This document shows, one piece after another, positions 39,478 through 50,403 of a DNA stretch of 64,000 nucleotides. This stretch comes from Octopus bimaculoides (lineage: Eukaryota), in NCBI RefSeq assembly GCF_001194135.2, contig NC_068993.1:1234629-1298628 (forward strand), given 5' to 3'. The translations under genes and the position numbers were made by a program. The notes beneath the pieces are model-generated. The model had not been told where the DNA came from, made no database searches, and saw only the letters and a program-made list of their open reading frames with translations. How positions within the stretch are numbered: the stretch's first letter is position 1; every line of letters starts with the position of its first letter.

Positions 39478-41084
39478 AAACTACATACACACACATACAC
39501 ATTTTGTCGCTTGTCCGAGCACCAAAAGATGAACTAATTGGGAGCTTCCAAAGATGCGTCGTACTTTTCATTAGTGAACATTGGTCACATGTTATAGTTA
39601 AGGGTGGTAGACTTGTGTGATCTCTTTTGTACAACAAGTGGACATTGAATGACAGAAACATTACTGGCCTGTTCTATATCTTATTACTTACACCAATGAC
39701 CGGTCGTTTGCAAGAGTGTTTCAATACATATAGTTTCCGATCTTGTTCTTTTATATTTTCAACTGTTACATTATTGTATTTCCCAGCTTGGTTGCATCTT
39801 TCGAATCAATTTGACTCTTGTATCAACTATATTTGTTTGAGATTTTAATTCATATTTCTGCCTTACCTCCGCCCTGACCCTTTCACCCTCCCCTCTGCCC
39901 ACTCTTCCTCTCTTCTCTCTCCCTCTCTCCCCTCCCTCTCTATGTTTTGTATTTGCTCTGTTAACCCAGTTCTCGTATTTATCTACATATTATTTCATAT
40001 TCCCTTATCTGAAGGGAAACCACATCGAGAGTAAAACAGACCCCAAAATTCAATAATATTCCCTAAAAAAAAGTATGAAAAACACCAAAACAAACCCGGA
40101 ATATTTCCGAGTGCTAAAGTAATTAGCTAATCACTCATTAACTCTGACTCATAACTCCATCACATTAATTCTGCTAAATTGCTGCAGATTAAAATAAAAT
40201 GATCGATTATAACAATTATATTTTCAACATTGCAATCTAATTTTTCCCAATCATTTTTTTTTTCTTATCCTTCTCCATAAACAGTTACTTTCTCTATTTT
40301 TCTTCTTATTTTTAATTCCGTTTTTATTGTTTTTAATTATTGACATGGAATTTAAGGTTATTATATGCATACATGGCCATTTGGGTTTCGGAGATAGAAT
40401 CGGTCTTATTAAAATCGCATAATATTTTCAAGAGATATCGTTCGCTTGATATTCTCATATTTCATTAATTAGAAATGGTTTCCCATTTCTGGCGAATTCA
40501 TACCAAATTGAAAACATTTCTCTTTTATAGATTCAAAACTATGAATGAAGTAAATTCATTGTCAAATTCTTTGTTTTTACAAAGAATTATGACAAAGCAA
40601 GATGTAGCAGCTGTAATGGGACATTTTTAGCGCATTCTCTAACGAGAAACTAAAACTTTTAAGAGAATTTGATGAATTTTATTAACGGCTGGAATAAAGT
40701 TTGGCATCGGTTGTTTCTGCATTTAAATGGAATTGGCACAAATAAATAACGCAATAAATTGGTTAGACTGGTTCTGAAAACAATCAAAGGTTGTTGTTGT
40801 TGTTGTTGTTGTTGTTTTGTTGTTGTTGTTGTTGTTGCCGCTGCTGCTGCTGCTACTCTTGTTGTTGATTAACCCCAGATCAGGCTTGAATAGCAGACAA
40901 CCGGTGATCAAACACATTCCTAATATGACCATCACGTCTTTTCCTTATAAGCAAGGAAGCCAGAACGACATTATCTAATGTTTCCGTTTCTCTGACTGTT
41001 GGTTCTAATTGGAGGGAGATTTGGCCGTTATTTTTAGCAGATCAAATGACCATGTACAGATTAGACCGCTTTTTTACGGATCTG

Positions 41085-41121
<37 letters not shown>

Positions 41122-41612
41122 ACACATTCACAAACATACACACATACTCATACATTCACACATGCATATACACACACACACTCATATACATTCGCACATG
41201 CACACACAAACACGCTCAGCTTAAGTAACAGGACAGCTGTAAAAAAAAAACAGCTAGCCACGTAAAAAATTACACAAAAAAGAACCAACAAAAAGAGATT
41301 AAACGAAAACCTGACTTAGTAGAAATAACAGCCAAATACCCCTGATAGTACACTCAAATTTTGTAACAGAATAGAATGCATTAGATAATGTAGACCAAGG
41401 TTGACCATGCCCCAGTGAAAATCTGGGGCGAAACAACACAAAGTACAGACCCAGAAACAAGGCCAAGAGTGACTTAGCCACCAATGGAATGTGTGCACTA
41501 TCGCTACCTCCGCCGCCGCCACTAGTACTACCACCACGCCACCACCACCACCACCATTAGTAGCACCACTAAAAATATTTCTAGTTAATAAAAATTTTGT
41601 AGCATAATTATT

Positions 41613-41643
<31 letters not shown>

Positions 41644-42023
41644 TATGCAATAGACAAGTTGATAAACATGGACGCATACCAATATCTACACACACAGATA
41701 CGCCCAGACACGTGCACATACACATACGCAGATACACATCGGCACAGATAAACACACACTCACACGTACCTGCATACACACAAACATATTTGAACATGAG
41801 CAAACATCATATATTAGTTCAAGTTCGTAACCATGGATACTACCATTAGCCCTACCCTGTAACCATGGATACCTTCCAGGAACCCAACCTCATGAACACA
41901 ACTGTTATAATTATCCTTAGATTGTTCTCTCCTTGAACCGGACGACACTCGAAACAAACAAAATAGCTTTTGGAGTGAGACTGTTTCTGTTTATATAAAC
42001 ATCTTTTCATCTGATCTGTTTCG

Positions 42024-42066
<43 letters not shown>

Positions 42067-42592
42067 TGTGTGTACACAAACAGACAGACATAAAGACCCT
42101 GAACGAAGCAGCACAGAAAATTACGCCCGATTACACATGCAACTGCCCATACTCGGTGCATTGGAAACACGTGTAGGTCGTCGTAATCGAAAGAAAATTA
42201 TGTTGCATGATATTGTGAAATACAAGGAAATAAATTTAGGATGTACCAGTTTCCGTATCTCTCTCGCTATAATTGTTGCAAATATACACTCCAGATAAAA
42301 TTACCATTCAGTGAAGCGAACACGGAATTACCCAGGAGAGGAATCTACAGCGTGAGTGACGACTCCCAGTATGCATAGACGTTAAATACTAATCGATGCG
42401 GTTAGCCGTAAACGGGAACATAATAGAGAGCTACCACAGTATCCACCCGGATAATATTTCCTTCATTTTAATGTGTGTATGTGTGTATGTGTGTCTCTGT
42501 GTGTGTCTGTGTGTGTATCACAGTGTTGACCAGACAATTGCATGTTGTTATATATTGCTGGTCACAATGCGCTTTACATTGTTTTAATTTTT

Positions 42593-42936
42593 GATCCGAT
42601 CAACGGAACAGCCTGTTCGTTAAATTAACGTGCAAGTGGCTGAGCACTCCACAGACACGTGTACCTTTAACGGAGTTCTCGGGAAGATTCAGCATGACAC
42701 AGAGTGTAACAAGGCTGGCCCTTTGAAATACAGGTACAACAGAAACAAGAAGTAAGAGTGAGAGAAATTTGTGGTGAAAGAGTACAGCAGGGTTCGCCAC
42801 CCACCCCCTGCCGGAGCCTCGTGGAGCTTTAGGTGTTTTCGCTCAATAAACACTCACAACGCCCGATTTGGGAATCGAGACCGCGATCCTATGACCGCGA
42901 GTCCGCTGCCCTAACCACTGGACCATTGCGCCTCCA
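42593..42936 (-). mobile_element. tRNA-derived SINE (family C variant)
   Basis: Head TGGTCCAGTGGTTAGGGCAGCGGACTC...TCGATTCCC. The 3' about 145 bp closely matches the 26904-27223 copy (GTGGAGTGCTCAGCYACTTGCACGTTAATTT..CGAACAGGCTGTTCCGTTGATCGGATC). Confidence 0.88.
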
Positions 42937-43902
42937 TATATATATAGAATGCATGTATGTATGTATGTATGTATGTATGTATGTATGTATGTATGTATGC
43001 ATGTATGTATGTACCACAATCGGCGAATACAACATACATGTGAAATAAGTGACCAAAATGTTGTTAGCGAAAGCTCTGAGTAGTGGTCAGTCCGTCATTT
43101 CAGACTTGGATAGTCTCAAGAAATGAAACAACAACAACAACGATCCAAGTTATTTGCTGAGACTGCAAAAACGTGTGTTGCTTCGTATCTTTTATGAAAA
43201 AGAAAATACAGGAAGTCGGCAGGAAAATTCATTATTTTCTTCTAATTGTGAAAACAATATTTCTGAAAATGTATTGCAAAGTTAAATGGGATTCTGAATG
43301 AAGCTGGACTACAATTCACCAAAGCAATCTTTTCAACACAATTAAAAAACTTGTATTAATACATTATCTTCTCTCGTTCTCTTTTTCTATATACACATAC
43401 AGCATACATATATACACACACACACATATGTACATAAATACACACATTTATACATACATATATATATATATATACACACGCACACATATATGCATGTATA
43501 GTTATATATATAATTTTTATGAACGTGTACCTGTATATGTCTCTTCACTTACACTCATGCACTCACTCACGTGTGTGTGTGTGTGTATGAGGTGTGTTGA
43601 TATATGTATACGTATATATGTGCGTATGTATGAAGTCATTGTCGAGGTAACTACTTTTCCATTACTTGTATGTATATATATATATATATATATCTGTATA
43701 TAATTATGTATGTATACGTACACGCGCGCGCACACACACACACACATATCTATATACATATACACACAGCATTCTATGAATGCCAGTCTGGTGCTAAATT
43801 TCAAGTCATTATACAGCAGCGATCTTTAATAAAACTAATCATTTTATTTACTCTGACACTCGGAGGTCATATTTTTCCTGGCAATCATCGTAACACAATA
43901 AC

Positions 43903-43957
<55 letters not shown>

Positions 43958-44483
43958 NNNNNNNNNNNNNNNNNNNNNNNNNNNNNNNNNNNNNNNNNNN
44001 NNNNNNNNNNNNNNNNNNNNNNNNNNNNNNNNNNNNNNNNNNNNNNNNNNNNNNNNNNNNNNNNNNNNNNNNNNNNNNNNNNNNNNNNNNNNNNNNNNNN
44101 NNNNNNNNNNNNNNNNNNNNNNNNNNNNNNNNNNNNNNNNNNNNNNNNNNNNNNNNNNNNNNNNNNNNNNNNNNNNNNNNNNNNNNNNNNNNNNNNNNNN
44201 NNNNNNNNNNNNNNNNNNNNNNNNNNNNNNNNNNNNNNNNNNNNNNNNNNNNNNNNNNNNNNNNNNNNNNNNNNNNNNNNNNNNNNNNNNNNNNNNNNNN
44301 NNNNNNNNNNNNNNNNNNNNNNNNNNNNNNNNNNNNNNNNNNNNNNNNNNNNNNNNNNNNNNNNNNNNNNNNNNNNNNNNNNNNNNNNNNNNNNNNNNNN
44401 NNNNNNNNNNNNNNNNNNNNNNNNNNNNNNNNNNNNNNNNNNNNNNNNNNNNNNNNNNNNNNNNNNNNNNNNNNNNNNNNNNN

Positions 44484-44515
<32 letters not shown>

Positions 44516-44521
<6 letters not shown>

Positions 44522-44690
44522 ATTTACGAAAAAAACAACAGACGAAGACAGGTGGTGTAAACAACAAATGGATGTATTAGTTTAACGCTCGGGAATAGAG
44601 AAAGTCTTTGACGTTTCGAGCTACGCTCTTCAACAGAAAGGAACACAGAAAGAAACAAGGAGAGACACAAGGAGAAAAAAAATATAAATG
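44516..44690 (-). mobile_element. Penelope-like element terminal fragment next to (TA)n, containing a hammerhead-like motif
   Basis: Minus strand reads CTTT-CTGTTGA-A-GAGC-GTA-GCTC-GAAA-CG-TC-AAAG, the minimal hammerhead layout typical of Penelope-like termini. It abuts a (TA)n array. Confidence 0.55.
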
Positions 44691-44711
44691 TAGTGGTCAG
44701 CGATCTAGCTT

Positions 44712-44895
44712 TATCTTTTATTGTTTGCTTGTTTCAAGCATCCAACTGCGGTCATGCTGGAGCGCCGTCTTGATGAATTTTTAATCGAATGAATCGACCC
44801 CAGAACTTTTTTCTTTTAAGAATTGTATTTATTCTATCGGTCTCTTTTGCCGAACGCACAAGTTACGGGGACGTAAACACACCAACCCTGGTTGT
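44712..44895 (-). mobile_element. Family B SINE 3' half
   Basis: CTGCGGTCATGCTGGAGCGCC...TATCGGTCTCTTTTGCCGAAC...GTTACGGGGACGTAAACACACC. Confidence 0.85.
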
Positions 44896-45431
44896 AAAGT
44901 TTAAATAAGGAATATTGTTCCTTCTGTTTCTTTGAACGAGCAAATTTATGGTGTGCAAAGATGCTGCACGCTGCTAAATAGATTATGGAATAGTCCATTA
45001 TGTTGAATTGGGGGTAGGATGTTTGGTTTGGCCTGGCGTACGTTGCAGTATGCTTCGAATCTGTTCACTTTAAAGATACACCAGACGATGGCCTTTTATC
45101 CCAATGTAAAATGAGCTGCATAAGTAATGAGTGAGCATACCGAGCGCAAATTACATAGATAGCAACTTAGCGACAATGCGCTGTCAACTGGCTGATTGAA
45201 TTTTGAAACCATTCAGATCACGGAAAAACAGGAAGAAACTACGTTGGTTTTTGTGGAGAACGTTTGTTCTTGATGGCCTGGTCGATTGCTGCCAATCATG
45301 ATTAGCGCAGCGTCAAACTAACCACGGGACTCGACGTAATAAAACGTTATTACACGAAGATTACTTCGGTACAGCAGAGAGGACTGAGGGTCTACGAAAG
45401 GTATGCAGTGACGTGTATAAATGTGCATGTA

Positions 45432-45468
<37 letters not shown>

Positions 45469-45541
45469 AACTCAGTCAGTTGCCCATAAGTCAGGAAAAA
45501 AACGGTCCCTCTAAAAGAAATTGTGACCAGTTATATTTTAT

Positions 45542-45620
45542 GTAGTATATCCTTGGTTGTGGCCGGTCAAAAAGTGACTATTGGTATCTTTCTGACTGGC
45601 CATAACCACGGATATACAAC
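45542..45620 (+). ncRNA. Candidate microRNA precursor hairpin (predicted pre-miRNA 45555-45609); family not recognised
   Basis: Arms 45542-45574 and 45588-45620 pair over 33 positions: 28 Watson-Crick, 2 G-U, 3 mismatches, with a 13-nt loop. With a 5p cut at 45555, UG falls at -14/-13 (45541-45542), the 3p end at 45609 has a 2-nt overhang, and CTAC (CNNC) starts at +16 (45625). Confidence 0.6.
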
Positions 45621-45629
45621 TCGACTACA

Positions 45630-45680
<51 letters not shown>

Positions 45681-46314
45681 ACACACACATATATATGTAG
45701 GTGTGTGTGTAGCTCTGTGCATATATCTGTGTATACATACTCATTCGTATACATATATGCCTGTATGTAAGTTTATATATATGTGTGTGTGTTTGTGTGT
45801 GTGTGTCTGTCTGTGTGTGTGTGTGTGTGTGTATGCACAATCTGAAGTGAAAACAACCAGACAAACACCAGATAGACAGAAAATGGTCTCCTATCTCGCA
45901 AAAATATATGTAATTTGTACCAGTGTACTTATACTTGTGTGTGCACGTATGCATGTTTGTCTATATATATATATGAATGCTATCTGTGTGCGTGAGTGTA
46001 TCTAACTATCTATCTCTCTCTCTCTATATATATATATGTATACATATATATGTGTGTGTGTGTGTGTGTATGTATGTATGCATGTGCACGTGGATATGTG
46101 TTCGTTTGTATTTATTCATGTCTGTCTTCCCCACCTCCACTTATTTTCCCAATTGTAGAAAGTACTCGTTTTCAACGGTCTTCTTCTGTCAAAGAGTATT
46201 AAACTCTGCAGCAAAAGATGGGTTGGTGGGGTTAGGGTGGAGGAATTATGTCTACATGCATCTTGGTCGCCCATCGCAATGTTCAACAGAAAAATAAATC
46301 ATTTGTGTGTATGC

Positions 46315-46385
<71 letters not shown>

Positions 46386-47444
46386 GTAGTAGTAGTAGTG
46401 AGGTGGTATATTTTTCTGGTGATAAGCTAAATCTATTGAGACAACGTTTTCATGAATTATTTCAGATACGTAAAAGTTAAGAAACAAATGAATTAAGCTC
46501 GGTGAGAATTGAAATGAAATATGATAAGTATTAAAAATAATAATAAGCAAGCTTAGGAAGTGGTGAATTATTTATTATATTGTTTGTTTATCGTCTTTAT
46601 GTTGGTTGTTCTTGTTAAAAACTCATCGGAAAGTCCTTCTTAACAGACCCACCGCCAATATTATCTTTTATTTTATTTCACAAACCGGTTATATTCTCGA
46701 TTTGTAACCCAAAGAAACTGTTTATTACCCTTCAGCGCGTATAGAACAGTCTTATCTATATTCTCCAGTCTCACTTTTTGATATGTTACAGCAGCCATAA
46801 TGGGAACAAGTGCTTCTGTCTGCTGCTAAGATCGACTGATTGCTAACTGCTTACTTCAGTTAATATGCGGCGTCACGACTGCTTTTCGGAGTCAAGTCTC
46901 GCCAACTTGCCATAAATCTCACACCAACTACCTGATCCGACAATCTCAAAACGCCATGACCTAACTCCTAAGAACAAATATATTATGTTTAAGAGACTAG
47001 GAAAGTTTATATGTTTGTATTTTTTGCTCGAAATTTGTCTAGTTTTTATTCCGTTTTCAAGAAAATAATGTCGTAAAAGAAAATAGATAAATATAGACAA
47101 CTAGCAATCGTATAACCATCCGAATGTATTATCCATGTCATTTAATTCGAATTAGCTGGTTGCTGTTACAAGTGACCACCATGAAATATCGTATAACAAT
47201 CTTTTGGCTCTCTGCACCCGATTACACAACAGCAGCCGATGAGAAGCACTGGAATATTTGGGAGGAAGAAGAAGACACAACCAGCGAGAATTGTTGTTAC
47301 TCTTAGAATTTATCTCGTTCGTAAAATTTATTGTACAGATATTGACCAAAATTGCCAATTAAACCTTATTCCAGGTGAAAAATACTGAGGCAAAGGTTTT
47401 CTCTATTTCGCAGTTACCTTAATTACACAACCAAGTGTTGCCTA

Positions 47445-47625
47445 TTACATCAATAATTTCATATTCGGGCTCAAGGGCCATATATATGTTGGGGATAAGG
47501 AAGTCTATAGTCAATAAGACAGGCACCCCCACCCCGCAAGTATTTAACTGGAAATTATTTTTGACTACCCCGGAATGATGAATTTCAAAGTTGATCCTCG
47601 GCGCGTTTTGAATTCACTAAAATGA
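47445..47625 (-). mobile_element. Degenerate family A SINE
   Basis: Reverse complement contains GAATTCAAAACGCGCCGAGGATCAACTTTG and a CCAGTTAAATAC..GGGGTG body remnant. Confidence 0.5.
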
Positions 47626-47641
47626 TCTCACAAAATGGTTC

Positions 47642-47753
47642 GAAGAAGAAGAAGAAGAAGAAGAAGAAGAAGAAGAAGAAGAAGAAGAAGAAGAAGAAGA
47701 AGAAGAAGAAGAAGAAGAAGAAGAAGAAGAAGAAGAAGAAGAAGAAGAAGAAG
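47642..47753. repeat. (GAA)n microsatellite running into an assembly gap
   Basis: Pure GAA array; source of the poly-K/R/S ORF artefacts. Confidence 0.98.
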
Positions 47754-48674
47754 NNNNNNNNNNNNNNNNNNNNNNNNNNNNNNNNNNNNNNNNNNNNNNN
47801 NNNNNNNNNNNNNNNNNNNNNNNNNNNNNNNNNNNNNNNNNNNNNNNNNNNNNNNNNNNNNNNNNNNNNNNNNNNNNNNNNNNNNNNNNNNNNNNNNNNN
47901 NNNNNNNNNNNNNNNNNNNNNNNNNNNNNNNNNNNNNNNNNNNNNNNNNNNNNNNNNNNNNNNNNNNNNNNNNNNNNNNNNNNNNNNNNNNNNNNNNNNN
48001 NNNNNNNNNNNNNNNNNNNNNNNNNNNNNNNNNNNNNNNNNNNNNNNNNNNNNNNNNNNNNNNNNNNNNNNNNNNNNNNNNNNNNNNNNNNNNNNNNNNN
48101 NNNNNNNNNNNNNNNNNNNNNNNNNNNNNNNNNNNNNNNNNNNNNNNNNNNNNNNNNNNNNNNNNNNNNNNNNNNNNNNNNNNNNNNNNNNNNNNNNNNN
48201 NNNNNNNNNNNNNNNNNNNNNNNNNNNNNNNNNNNNNNNNNNNNNNNNNNNNNNNNNNNNNNNNNNNNNNNNNNNNNNNNNNNNNNNNNNNNNNNNNNNN
48301 NNNNNNNNNNNNNNNNNNNNNNNNNNNNNNNNNNNNNNNNNNNNNNNNNNNNNNNNNNNNNNNNNNNNNNNNNNNNNNNNNNNNNNNNNNNNNNNNNNNN
48401 NNNNNNNNNNNNNNNNNNNNNNNNNNNNNNNNNNNNNNNAATCTTGAAATAAGTTTTATAGAGAACAATGAATTAGTTTAATGCAGCAAAGAACAAAAGA
48501 AGCAAAAACAAATGAAGTAAAATAAAGAGAAAATTAAATATTTTATAATTATAAATTTGAAGAGAAAATTATAAAAACTATCTACTTTTTTTAATCGATA
48601 AATTTATTTCATATACTTGGTATAAACTTTCAGTGGATCGATGATTTTTAACTATTTTTAGCCATTGAAATTAG

Positions 48675-48744
<70 letters not shown>

Positions 48745-49280
48745 AAGCCCTGAGGCAATACCAGGCAGTGGCTCTCATGACGTTGGATCATAACCGATTG
48801 GAAGTGTTATCATGTACATTGTTTTATCTTGGTGTAAAAGATAGCCTACAGCAAATATTCTGCTCAATACCACAGATTTACTTGTCTATTGGTTGACCTT
48901 AATCAGTTGAACATGTCCCTTAGTGCATCGTTGATCACGGGCAAGGGTAGTGAATGGGGTGCAATATAGCCATGTCTTGAGAGGAATTGAATAATTCACC
49001 CCTGGAAGAATGGGTATTTCATTCATCATCATTAAACAAGCCGTACTCAGGGACCTTTTAGGCGGGTTGGGCTACTCGACCCGAAGAAAACCCTAACTGG
49101 GTCCCATCTGCAAGCTCATGCGCTGTTTATCTTGATATAAGGTCACCATGTCGTGCACATATGGTTGTGATGCATGTGCTTGGTGGACCCTTAACAGAGG
49201 GTAATCATGATGGGTATATTGGGCTTCACATATTGGGCTTCACCCCAGCGTCACTTTGATGGTGTTTTGTTCTGTCATTC
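48745..49280. mobile_element. Putative unclassified insertion flanked on both sides by (AAT)n
   Basis: About 535 bp of GC-richer sequence between two pure (AAT)n arrays (48675-48744 and 49281-49330). Only one copy is visible here, so repeat status is inferred. Confidence 0.5.
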
Positions 49281-49330
<50 letters not shown>

Positions 49331-49332
<2 letters not shown>

Positions 49333-49525
49333 TAAGTACGAAATAGCCCGGCTTTGGAAAATGAAGAAAGTGAGAATAGTGCCAATTATTGTTGGGTCTT
49401 TGGGGACAATAGAACAGATAACATGGTACCGTAAGCCGCAGGCAGCAAGCCCGCTACGCATGCGAGACTCCAGGAGTTCCAACAAAACCTGAGATAAAAA
49501 GAAATTTCTGCAACAAGAGAATAAA
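49331..49525 (+). mobile_element. Short R4/Dong-type LINE 3' fragment
   Basis: 49331-49417 translates YKYEIARLWKMKKVRIVPIIVGSLGTIEQ, homologous to the KKVVVVPIIVGALGT segment of the 37-kb element. It starts directly after an (AAT)n array. The remainder is a presumed 3' UTR. Confidence 0.75.
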
Positions 49526-50014
49526 AGAATGTGTATGTATATGTGTGTTTGTAAGCATGCTATCGCATCTGCTCGTTTATACACTAGGAGCTTATGTTGT
49601 CGTGGCTAAGTTGAGCAAAATCGTCCAAAGGTATTGAAATTGTGATGATATCTAGTCGATAACTGATGAAGAGCTTGTCTGCATCATTGTGTATGTGCAT
49701 CATTTTACTTTCAGTTTGTGTTCATATGTTACAATGTCCTTCATATGGAACATATTTTTCAGTGTGTGTATGTGTGTTTCTGTGTCTGTCTGTCTGTCTG
49801 TGTCTGTGTATATGGCTTTGTCTGTGTGCGTGTGTATGCATGCATATACGCACACACAAAATTCCATTTAGCAAACTCCGCTCTACCAACATTTGGCAAT
49901 TCTAGGCTACATGTCCAAGATACCAAATAATATATACCCAGGGTACCACACAGTCGAATCGCACGAAGCCACATGGCTGCAAAACCAATTTCTACACCAC
50001 GCAGCTATGCGCCT

Positions 50015-50350
50015 GCTTTAATATACATGTTTATATATAAACCTGTGAAATATGTGAAGCTGATTTTACATGTTTATATAACTACATGTTTATATATCCA
50101 CGTATATAAAACCAGTGAAATATATAACGCTGACGTTTTATATTTAAACAGCTACATGTGTAAAACATATCTACACATGTACATATCTACATGTTTATAT
50201 ACCTACCTGTTTATAATACAAACCAGTAATCAGTGAAATACAGATACATAGCATTACACAGTGAAATCTATACGCTTATGTGTCTACATGTTTATATATC
50301 CGCATGTTTATATATAAACCAAGTAACCGGGGAAGTATATGAAACTGATA
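50015..50350. repeat. Degenerate minisatellite with CATGTTTATATA core
   Basis: Six CATGTTTATATA copies interleaved with AACCAGT/GTGAAAT sub-units. Confidence 0.75.
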
Positions 50351-50352
50351 TC

Positions 50353-50403
<51 letters not shown>

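Noticed and set aside
46850-46972. Minus-strand segment with a good acceptor and GTAAGC donor
   Set aside because: All three frames contain a stop before the donor. It could only be a non-coding or terminal exon, and nothing else supports it.
47124-47358. Overlapping short ORFs, one with a good Kozak context (MKYRITIFW...)
   Set aside because: Several frames are open for only 40-68 codons, with no convincing splice sites or homology.
3571-49525. R4/Dong LINE as the direct mobiliser of family A SINEs
   Set aside because: Tail polarity is opposite ((ATT)n on SINE sense versus (AAT)n on LINE sense), and I saw no shared 3' sequence.
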